Notes: generated from the sequence alone by a model not told the origin. Shown: positions 16,736 through 23,830, counted from the stretch's first letter. The stretch: 64,000 nucleotides of DNA from Candidatus Melainabacteria bacterium (GCA_023250155.1 JAHFBG010000006.1:78963-142962), one strand, 5' to 3'. Numbers and translations are program-made.

Positions 16736-16811
16736 CCCGTAGGTATGGGTCGCTTATTTCTTACTAAAATCTTCAAGTAATATAAACAAAATAAGTAATG
16801 CTAAAATATAG
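16736..16811 (+). repeat. Cassette left repeat L1 (paralog of 21298-21376)
   Basis: CCCGTAGGTATGGGTCGCTTATTTCTTACTAAAATCTTCAAGTAATATAAACAAAATAAGTAATGCTAAAATATAG aligns with L2 with few mismatches. Contains an extended -10-like TGCTAAAAT about 25 nt before the DinD ATG. The first 16 nt are inverted at 18018-18033. Confidence 0.8.
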
Positions 16812-16831
16812 TTTTATTTAGAGGACTTTGA

Positions 16832-17680
16832 ATGAAAAAAGAAATTATAACAAAATTACATAAAAGTTTTGAAGAGGCTGCATACCAAGAAGATGGAGTT
16901 GAATATTGGCTTGCTAGGGAACTTCAAACTCTTCTTGAATATACAGAATGGCGTAATTTTCTTCAGGTGATAGATAAAGCTAAAGTAACGTGTAAAACCT
17001 CTGGTCAAGAGGTTGGGCATCATTTTGTTGACATCAACAAAATGATAACTTTAGCAAAAGGGGCCTCTAGAGATATTGATGACCTCATGCTGACTAGGTA
17101 TGCATGTTATTTAATAGCTCAAAATGGTGACCCTAGAAAAGAACAGATTGCATTTGCACAAAGTTATTTTGCTATTCAAACACGTAAACAAGAAATATTA
17201 GAAAAAAGAATTGAGTTGATTGAAAGGTTAGAAGCAAGGGAAAAGCTTACTGCTACTGAGACAGAATTGTCTGGAACGATTTATGAAAGAGGAGTAGATA
17301 GTAAAGGTTTTGGAAGAATAAGAAGCAAAGGAGACCAAGCTTTATTTGGTGGTAATAACACTTTGCAAATGAAAAAGAAATTAGGTATTCCTGAAAGTAG
17401 ATCGCTTGCAGATTTTTTACCTACAATTACTATAAAAGCAAAAGATTTAGCTACAGAGATTACAAATTTTAATGTAAAAAAAGCCGATCTAAAAGGTGAG
17501 CAAAAAATAACAGATGAACATGTGAAAAATAATCAGGATGTGAGAACCTTATTAGAAAAAAATAACATACTGCCAGAGACTTTACCACCAGAACAAGATA
17601 TAAAAAAATTAGAACGTGCTGTTAAAGCTGATGATAAAAAACTGTTAGAGGATATTAAAAAGTTGAAAAGAGATAAGTAA
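16832..17680 (+). CDS. dinD: DNA damage-inducible protein D
   Basis: WLARELQTLLEYTEWRNF, RYACYLIAQNGDPRK and AQSYFAIQTRKQE closely parallel E. coli DinD (SRYACYLVVQNGDPAKP...GQTYFAIQTRRQE). Confidence 0.85.
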   Translation: MKKEIITKLHKSFEEAAYQEDGVEYWLARELQTLLEYTEWRNFLQVIDKAKVTCKTSGQEVGHHFVDINKMITLAKGASRDIDDLMLTRYACYLIAQNGDPRKEQIAFAQSYFAIQTRKQEILEKRIELIERLEAREKLTATETELSGTIYERGVDSKGFGRIRSKGDQALFGGNNTLQMKKKLGIPESRSLADFLPTITIKAKDLATEITNFNVKKADLKGEQKITDEHVKNNQDVRTLLEKNNILPETLPPEQDIKKLERAVKADDKKLLEDIKKLKRDK

Positions 17681-17780
17681 AAGATACCAAAAGGTTTATT
17701 TTCAAGGGGAGCTGATAATAAAAATCAGATATTTATAGTTTCCTCTATGAAAACTGAGTATATTACAGCATATTTTATTT

Positions 17781-17932
17781 GAGCGAAGCGTAATACCCCG
17801 ATGCTTGTGTTGGGGATATAAGCGAGGGAAAGCAAACGACTTCCTTTGATGCGACGACTGTTGCCAAAGGCAAAAATTGGCGTAATACCCTGCTGCTTGC
17901 GGCAGGGATAGCCGATTTAGGGAAGTCGTTTA
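17781..17932. other. GC-richer, highly structured non-coding segment (candidate ncRNA or REP/MITE-like array)
   Basis: Two GCGTAATACCC-hairpin-GGGATA units (17788-17820 and 17879-17910). Hairpin TTGCCAAAGGCAA (17861-17873). Long-range complementarity AAACGACTTCC (17834-17844) with GGAAGTCGTTT (17921-17931). Confidence 0.5.
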
Positions 17933-17951
17933 TTTTCATATGACTTGAATC

Positions 17952-18033
17952 AGAACTAACCTGGAGCGGAAAAAACAAGAATAGGATAAAGTAAAATGCT
18001 ATGTAGGTTTGGGTTATGACCGATACCTACGGG
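17952..18033 (+). repeat. Cassette right repeat R1 (paralog of 22536-22615) ending in the inverted terminal repeat
   Basis: AGAACTAACCTGGAGCGGAAAAAACAAGAATAGGATAAAGTAAAATGCTATGTAGGTTTGGGTT matches R2 with three substitutions and one indel. GACCGATACCTACGGG (18018-18033) is the reverse complement of 16736-16751 with one mismatch. Confidence 0.8.
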
Positions 18034-18095
18034 AGATGAGGTGTTAATCCACTTGAAATTAATGTAAATTTATTTTTCCAATCCTTATATTTTTT

Positions 18096-18701
18096 TCAAT
18101 TGTTAGATTGAATTAGTTCGCCAGCTATTTGATTTACAGATTCTAGACTTGGTGAGAATAGCAAACTTACACAAGTACCTTTGCTAATAGAACCATTGTC
18201 TAAAACTGCTATACAATGCAGGGAGAGATAGTCTTTTTCACTTAAGGTACCTGCTTTAAACTCAAGGACTGCGGGTAATTCAAAATGAATAGCAGAGGGT
18301 GTGATTAAGCCAATTCCATTGAGATCATATTTTTCATTTAGGTAATCAACGGTGTACTTAAAAGAACTATTATTTGTGCTTTGAAAAGAACCATTATCTA
18401 TAGATTCTATAGAAAGTTTATAAGAATGGACTCCCTGGCTTTTTAAATCTACAAATAATATATAGGTGCTTTTCAAAGACTTACCTGTATTTTTCTCTAT
18501 TTCAGAACAAAGTATGCACTTAGAGCATTCAGGACATGATTCAGTGCTCATGCATAATGGACTACTTAAAGCATCTAGCTTACAAGTGTTACAAATTTTA
18601 CTTTGTTGTCTTGATGAGCATGCTGCTTTTATACTCCAAGGAAATAGAAAACTAATTATTATGATTATAGATATAGAAATTATTAATTTATGTTTATGCA
18701 T
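18096..18701 (-). CDS. Hypothetical secreted cysteine-rich protein
   Basis: Signal-like LIISISIIIIISFLFPWSIKA followed by a Cys-rich stretch (CSS..C..C....C....CPECSKCILC). Confidence 0.5.
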   Translation of the reverse strand: MHKHKLIISISIIIIISFLFPWSIKAACSSRQQSKICNTCKLDALSSPLCMSTESCPECSKCILCSEIEKNTGKSLKSTYILFVDLKSQGVHSYKLSIESIDNGSFQSTNNSSFKYTVDYLNEKYDLNGIGLITPSAIHFELPAVLEFKAGTLSEKDYLSLHCIAVLDNGSISKGTCVSLLFSPSLESVNQIAGELIQSNN

Positions 18702-18714
18702 AATCTAAAATGAT

Positions 18715-19233
18715 TTATTTTGTACCATTCCTCAAATCCTTAACTTTATTCCAAAATCCTTTTTTGTTTTGCCTTGCTTCTTTCTCATATTTAATAAAAT
18801 CCTCAGAGTACTTAAATGGATATTTGGTATAAGCATGGCTATAACCTTGTTTAACGAGCTCAGCGTTGAATAATTTGTCTTCTAACAAATGTACATAAGC
18901 CAATGTTCGTCCGTAATAGTCTATTCTTTTATTGTCGTATTCTAGGCAGACCTCTTTCCCGATTAACGTACTTTTAGTAAATTCAGTAGCTTCTTTGCCA
19001 AAGTATTCTTTTGGCTTTTTGGGATGTTTAGTTTCAGGAGTATTAACACCTATTAATCTGATGTGTTGTTCTACCACTATAGTGTCACCATCAATAATCT
19101 TTATAACCTTCCTTGAATCCTCTGAATATTTATCATTTTTAGATTTTGGACATTGAAACTTTGCGGCGACACTTAGTTGTGTCGTTAAGCATAAAACAAT
19201 ATAGAAAAGAATAGGTAATTTATTTTTGTTCAT
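18715..19233 (-). CDS. Secreted thermonuclease (staphylococcal nuclease, SNase family)
   Basis: Signal peptide, then IDGDTIVV, IRLIGVNTPETKHPKKP, YFGKEATEF, DYYGRTLAYV and AELVKQGYSHAY, the typical SNase catalytic and core motifs. Confidence 0.85.
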   Translation of the reverse strand: MNKNKLPILFYIVLCLTTQLSVAAKFQCPKSKNDKYSEDSRKVIKIIDGDTIVVEQHIRLIGVNTPETKHPKKPKEYFGKEATEFTKSTLIGKEVCLEYDNKRIDYYGRTLAYVHLLEDKLFNAELVKQGYSHAYTKYPFKYSEDFIKYEKEARQNKKGFWNKVKDLRNGTK

Positions 19234-19265
19234 AATTAAAACTTCTTGAATTTGTTGCTTATGTT

Positions 19266-19322
19266 GCTGTAGGGTATCACTCTACGAGTTAGATTATAAG
19301 CTGAACGGTACCACCCTACAGC
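19266..19322. repeat. Perfect 10-bp inverted repeat pair (GCTGTAGGGT / ACCCTACAGC) with 37-bp spacer, related to cassette termini
   Basis: The arms are exact reverse complements. The TGTAGGGTAT motif resembles the TGTAGGTATGGG cassette ends at 16738 and 21299. Confidence 0.7.
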
Positions 19323-19362
19323 TATTTATAAAGCCATTTATTGTAAAGCATGAGGTTTATAA

Positions 19363-19584
19363 ATGGCTAGATGGCATACAAGATTAAAAAAGGCACGAGA
19401 AGCAATTGGATTATCATTAGCTGGTGCTGTCAAGCTATTGTATGAAAGTGAGAAAATCAAAATTCACAGAACTTTTTTAGGTCAAGTAGAACGTGGTGAA
19501 TCTGATTTAACAACCAGTAAATTTAGAGGTTTATGTAAAATTTATTGTGCAGATTCAAATTGGGTTTTGGACTTGAAGGAATAA
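19363..19584 (+). CDS. XRE-family helix-turn-helix protein (module copy A)
   Basis: RLKKAREAIGLSLAGAVKLL...FLGQVERGESDLT is a Cro/CI-type HTH pattern. Paralog at 26984-27232 shares the C-terminal LC.IYC...NWVLD.KE. Confidence 0.7.
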   Translation: MARWHTRLKKAREAIGLSLAGAVKLLYESEKIKIHRTFLGQVERGESDLTTSKFRGLCKIYCADSNWVLDLKE

Positions 19585-19586
19585 AT

Positions 19587-19979
19587 TTAGTACTTCGTTT
19601 CTTCCAACCCCTGCATCCCCATATCCTGAATTAAATAAAACAAATTATCTTCAAAGTAATCTTGAGTTGGTGTACCGATTTGACTGATGATTTTATTAAA
19701 ATCTAAGTTCTCTGGAATCGATCCATTTTGAATGATTGGTATAACTAGCTTTTTAAGTGATTCTGCAGGGAGACTTCCTTTTCCATAGACCTTGTCTCCC
19801 CAAGGTAGACCTTCTGATTCATTGATAGCATTTATTAAATGAGTCTTTTCTTCTGGCTTGAGATTTTTCAAGAAGTCATTTAATGATTTTGTTTGTAGTC
19901 CTTCTATACCTGATTTAACTGGTCTTGGAATAGGCTTTCCAACTACTAAGAATCCAACGTGCCTTACAAATATAGTCAT
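19587..19979 (-). CDS. Hypothetical 130-aa protein (module copy A)
   Basis: SD AAGGAG 6 nt upstream. Paralog at 28830-29219 is nearly identical except for the last ~14 aa. No recognised motif. Confidence 0.65.
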   Translation of the reverse strand: MTIFVRHVGFLVVGKPIPRPVKSGIEGLQTKSLNDFLKNLKPEEKTHLINAINESEGLPWGDKVYGKGSLPAESLKKLVIPIIQNGSIPENLDFNKIISQIGTPTQDYFEDNLFYLIQDMGMQGLEETKY

Positions 19980-19994
19980 GTGTTTCTCCTTAAA

Positions 19995-20186
19995 TTACAT
20001 GGGGGTATGGTTTTGTAAGGTGTACTCTAAAAGCTCTAGCTCCTCTTTACGTACATCATCATTGTTTTGTAATGACTGTAGCTCATCACCCTCATAATAT
20101 TTTTCTAAATCTTTCACTTTTTTGAGGGCACTAATTCTTTCCTTGATTTCATTGAAAAGCTTAGGGTTCATTCCATTAATTCTCAT
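19995..20186 (-). CDS. Hypothetical 63-aa acidic/helical protein (module copy A)
   Basis: Precedes the 130-aa gene by 15 nt. Paralog at 29235-29426 has the same length and conserved ends (MRI.GM...HTPM / YTPM) but many substitutions. Confidence 0.55.
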   Translation of the reverse strand: MRINGMNPKLFNEIKERISALKKVKDLEKYYEGDELQSLQNNDDVRKEELELLEYTLQNHTPM

Positions 20187-20268
20187 AACTTTATCACCTA
20201 CTTTATCTCTGATTAGTTTAAAGCAGTTAATCTTGTATTTCTCAATTTTGTAAATGATCTTTTACACT
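20177..20268. promoter_or_regulatory. Divergent promoter/leader region, 92 bp identical to 29417-29508
   Basis: Block-by-block comparison shows no mismatch across 92 bp, while the flanking coding sequence differs at many positions. Lies between the divergently transcribed 63-aa and ~315-aa genes. Confidence 0.6.
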
Positions 20269-20291
20269 TGTTTTCTGGGAATAGCATTGAT

Positions 20292-21236
20292 ATGAGTGCT
20301 ATTACTAATGCTGGTTTTAAATGGGGTGAAAATCTATCATGGGCTAAAGCTAATGTTTTTCACGGAAGAAACTCATTAGTATATGGTTTATCTGCTACTA
20401 CTCTTGGATGTATTAAGACACTTATTAATGAAGATTCCTTTTCTTACAAAACCTTAGATTTGTTTCAGTCTACTTTTTTAGGACTAAGAAGTAATCAGCA
20501 GTACAGCATCTACTCAAGAAAAAAAGATGATGATTTAGGTTTTGATGAAGTACATAGGCCACATGCTGCAAACATAGGAGAGTTAGCATGTTTTATAGAA
20601 AAGAAAATAAATCCTATAGCATTACCCTTAACTACTGCTTTAGGAAATGAAGTAAAAGAAAGCTATCATTTAATAGCTCACTTAGCTAATGCTTTATGGT
20701 GGAGGAGCAGGTTATTCTCACAGAAAATCAGTTGGAAATTATTTAAACATATTCCTAGACTTTTTCAACAACTAATAAATTCAACAAATAAGAATCTTGT
20801 AACTAATCAAATCAGTGAGATTGTTTCTCCATCATTAGGTCTCATAGGTTTTGCTTTTTGTGGCTTATTCACACCTATAAAATCTTGGCTTAAATTTAAA
20901 GGGACGGAAAATAAAATCATTGATTCATTAGCATCAGTAGGTACTGCTACTCAGCATTTGATTTATTTTTTTAAATTTACCCTACCTCAGATATTTCATT
21001 TTCAAGAGAATAACAAATATGAACACAAAAAATTATTTAACATGGGTATTTGTGCAAATGCTTTAAATATTGGATTGCCCATAATTGATCTTTTGTCTTT
21101 TGAAAATGGTTTTTTAAATAAAGCACAAAGATTATATAAAGAACTAGCGTCTGGATTTACTATGGCATTTTTCTCTAGTAGAAGGTATTTTATGGGAAAG
21201 GCATGGGTGGATGGGAATAATAATCCTTCATTATGA
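20292..21236 (+). CDS. Hypothetical ~315-aa protein with several hydrophobic segments (module copy A)
   Basis: ATG at 20292 aligns with the ATG of the paralog (29532). The two share long identical stretches (NAGFKWGENLSWAKANVFHGRNSL..., TENKIIDSLASVGTATQHLIYFFKFTLPQIFHFQEN...). No known motif. Confidence 0.65.
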   Translation: MSAITNAGFKWGENLSWAKANVFHGRNSLVYGLSATTLGCIKTLINEDSFSYKTLDLFQSTFLGLRSNQQYSIYSRKKDDDLGFDEVHRPHAANIGELACFIEKKINPIALPLTTALGNEVKESYHLIAHLANALWWRSRLFSQKISWKLFKHIPRLFQQLINSTNKNLVTNQISEIVSPSLGLIGFAFCGLFTPIKSWLKFKGTENKIIDSLASVGTATQHLIYFFKFTLPQIFHFQENNKYEHKKLFNMGICANALNIGLPIIDLLSFENGFLNKAQRLYKELASGFTMAFFSSRRYFMGKAWVDGNNNPSL

Positions 21237-21297
21237 ATTTTCTTTGATGAGGTGGTTTTAAATGCACCAATTAATTCTGATAATGATTTGATTTTGC

Positions 21298-21376
21298 CTT
21301 GTAGGTATGGGTCGCCTATTTTCTTACTACAATCTTTAAGTAATATAAACAAAATAAAAGTAATGCTAAAATGTAG
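21298..21376 (+). repeat. Cassette left repeat L2
   Basis: CTTGTAGGTATGGGTCGCCTATTTTCTTACTACAATCTTTAAGTAATATAAACAAAATAAAAGTAATGCTAAAATGTAG aligns with L1. TGCTAAAAT lies upstream of the YhcG-like gene. Confidence 0.8.
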
Positions 21377-21409
21377 ACTAGTGTAGAGAATAAGCGGACT
21401 ACTTAATCA

Positions 21410-22453
21410 ATGAATGATTTAATGAAAGCAAATGAATACTATAATCTACTGACTGAGATTAAATCTAAGATTCGTCAAGCACAGCTTAAAGCTACTCTAG
21501 CTGTTAATCAGGAATTGATTTTGCTTTATTGGCAAATGGGTAATTCTATTCTTATCCAAGAACAGCAAGGAGGGTGGGGGTCTAAAGTTATAGACCACTT
21601 AGCTAAAGACCTTAAAGCTGAATTCCCTGAAATGAAGGGGTTCTCAATACGAAACCTAAAGTATATGAGGACTTTTGCTAAACATTATAAGGATTTAAAC
21701 TTTGTGCAACAAGCTGTTGCACAAATTCCATGGGGGCATAATTGCATTATTTTGGATAAAATTAAAGATGACAAAGAGAGAGAATTTTATATCAATGAAA
21801 CTGTCAAGAATGGCTGGTCTCGGAATGTAATGGTTCACCAAATTGAGAGTAATCTCTATCAAAGGCAAATTCAATCTGATAAAACTCATAATTTTAAAAC
21901 TACGCTAACTAAACCTCAATCTGATTTGGCACATGAAATACTCAAAGATCCATATAATTTTGATTTTCTTAGCCTTGGGCAAGAAGCTAAAGAAAAAGAT
22001 CTTGAAAACGCTTTAGTAGAGCACATTACAAAATTTTTACTAGAGTTAGGAGCTGGTTTTGCTTTCATCGGAAGGCAATATCATTTGGAAGTAGATAATC
22101 AAGATTTTTATATCGATTTGCTTTTTTATCATACTCGCTTACATGCTTATGTTGTTATTGAACTTAAGCTTGATGATTTCAAGCCAGAGTATGCAGGTAA
22201 ACTAAATTTCTATCTATCTGTAATTGACAAAACATTAAGAAACAATAATGATAAACCTTCTATCGGCATTATTCTCTGTAAAAACAAAAATAAAATCGTT
22301 GCAGAATATTCTTTGCAAGATATGACTAAGCCAATAGGGGTTTCTGAATATCAGCTCACAGAAGCAATTCCTGAAGATCTTAAATCCAGCTTACCAAGTA
22401 TAGAAGAGCTGGAGAATGAACTTGCTAGTTATCAAGAAATTGGAGGAAAATGA
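21410..22453 (+). CDS. YhcG-family PD-(D/E)xK nuclease (DUF1016)
   Basis: The N-terminus (IRQAQLKATLAVNQELILLYWQMG, GGWGSKVIDHLAKDLKAEFPEMKGFSIRNLKYMRTFA) and the C-terminal core (FYIDLLFYHTRLHAYVVIELKLDDFKPEYAGKLNFYL) are typical of DUF1016/YhcG. Confidence 0.85.
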   Translation: MNDLMKANEYYNLLTEIKSKIRQAQLKATLAVNQELILLYWQMGNSILIQEQQGGWGSKVIDHLAKDLKAEFPEMKGFSIRNLKYMRTFAKHYKDLNFVQQAVAQIPWGHNCIILDKIKDDKEREFYINETVKNGWSRNVMVHQIESNLYQRQIQSDKTHNFKTTLTKPQSDLAHEILKDPYNFDFLSLGQEAKEKDLENALVEHITKFLLELGAGFAFIGRQYHLEVDNQDFYIDLLFYHTRLHAYVVIELKLDDFKPEYAGKLNFYLSVIDKTLRNNNDKPSIGIILCKNKNKIVAEYSLQDMTKPIGVSEYQLTEAIPEDLKSSLPSIEELENELASYQEIGGK

Positions 22454-22461
22454 TAAAAATA

Positions 22462-22520
22462 GCTGGTTTCGACAGGCTCAACCAGCCAGTGATGCCTGAG
22501 CTAGTCGAAGGCACCACTGA
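22462..22520. repeat. GC-richer double hairpin (REP-like family 2 copy)
   Basis: GCTGGTT-TCGACAGGCTC-AACCAGC and AGTGATGCC-TGAGCTAGTCGAA-GGCACCACT stems. The first loop matches the loop of the 3475-3562 element. Confidence 0.6.
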
Positions 22521-22535
22521 TAAAAATAAAAACTT

Positions 22536-22615
22536 AGAACTAACCTGGATCGGAAAAACAAGAATAGGATAAAGTGAAATGCTATGTGGGTTTGGGTTGT
22601 AGGATGTCTAGGGGA
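22536..22615 (+). repeat. Cassette right repeat R2 with degenerate terminal motif
   Basis: Matches R1 over about 63 bp. The following GTAGGATGTCTAGGGG only loosely resembles the R1 terminal GACCGATACCTACGGG. Confidence 0.7.
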
Positions 22616-22884
22616 TAATCTTTAAAAAAGAACAGAGAGAGATGCTTCTGCTTGTTTTTGATTAGTGTTCCACTGGGTGGATTTTGGGATTTAAGTACTT
22701 TTAGAAGACTGAAAGATGATGGTAAGTATTCTGAGCTGATTTAAATTAGAACCCTAATATATGTTGAATGAAAAAAATACTGTGAATATAAAAACATACA
22801 AGATCAAATTCATATCCTATTTGCTAAACTCATAGTTGCTAATAACTCTAAAATCATTTTACTGTATAGTAAAGGTAATCTAAA

Positions 22885-23820
22885 TTGAAAAATATAATTA
22901 ATAGGAAGATTACTGAATCAGAAACAATATTGCCTGGGATGGCTTGTTGGTTGTGCTCTTTAAAAGAGCTTAAAGTTATTAAGAATTCAAGTCTAACAAA
23001 AAAAGACTTAAGTAGTAAGCTGTTTGCAATTACAGATAGTGCTTACGGTAAGACTCTAGAGGTATATCGTTGTATGGGTTGTGGATTTATGCAGTGTTCT
23101 AGTGTAGATGAAGTTCTAGGATACTATGAAACGCTCCAAGATGAAGAATATGAAAACACAAGAAAACCACGGAGCCTTCAAATGAAAAAAGTATTAGAAA
23201 TTATAAAAAAATATAAGAATGGTGGTAGATTGTTAGATGTTGGTGCAGGAAATGGCATTCTAGTTGAGCAAGCAATAACTATGGGTTACGATGCTGAGGG
23301 GATAGAACCTTCGACTTGGTTAGTAAAGAAAGCTCACGATAGAAAATTACCAATATATGAAGGAACCTTAAATAGTCTTAAGCCAAAAGAATTATATGAT
23401 GTTGTCACTATTATAGATGTAATCGAACATGTCACAAATCCTCTTGATTTACTTTCCAGTGTTTATAATCTAATTGCAAAGGATGGGATTATAGTTATAG
23501 TTACTCCAGATGTAGGTTCTCTTGTGGCAAAACTACTTAGTTGGAAGTGGTGGCATTACAGGGTTGCACATGTTGGATACTTCAATAAGAATACATTGAA
23601 TTATGCTCTTGACAAGACCAACCTCAAGTCAATTAAAATGCTTAATCCGAGTTGGTATTTTACAGGTGAATATGTGGCAGAGAGAATAAACAAATATCTT
23701 CCTAGTTTTATGCACATAACTTTGCCTATTTACTTTAGAAACAAGATTATCTCAATTAATGTAGGAGATTCAATTTTAGGAATTTATGCACCAAAGACCC
23801 CTAAGAATAACGAACACTAA
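22885..23820 (+). CDS. Class I SAM-dependent methyltransferase with N-terminal Cys4 zinc-ribbon-like motif
   Basis: Motif I LLDVGAGNGILVEQA. CWLCS...CMGCGF at the N-terminus. The track start is TTG at 22885; ATG at 22939 is the alternative. Confidence 0.75.
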   Translation: MKNIINRKITESETILPGMACWLCSLKELKVIKNSSLTKKDLSSKLFAITDSAYGKTLEVYRCMGCGFMQCSSVDEVLGYYETLQDEEYENTRKPRSLQMKKVLEIIKKYKNGGRLLDVGAGNGILVEQAITMGYDAEGIEPSTWLVKKAHDRKLPIYEGTLNSLKPKELYDVVTIIDVIEHVTNPLDLLSSVYNLIAKDGIIVIVTPDVGSLVAKLLSWKWWHYRVAHVGYFNKNTLNYALDKTNLKSIKMLNPSWYFTGEYVAERINKYLPSFMHITLPIYFRNKIISINVGDSILGIYAPKTPKNNEH

Positions 23821-23830
23821 GAATTATATT

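Noticed and set aside
17775-17978. 67-aa ORF on the minus strand in the DinD-unit spacer.
   Set aside because: It lies entirely in the GC-richer hairpin block and has no SD. The composition-driven open frame is better explained as structured non-coding DNA.
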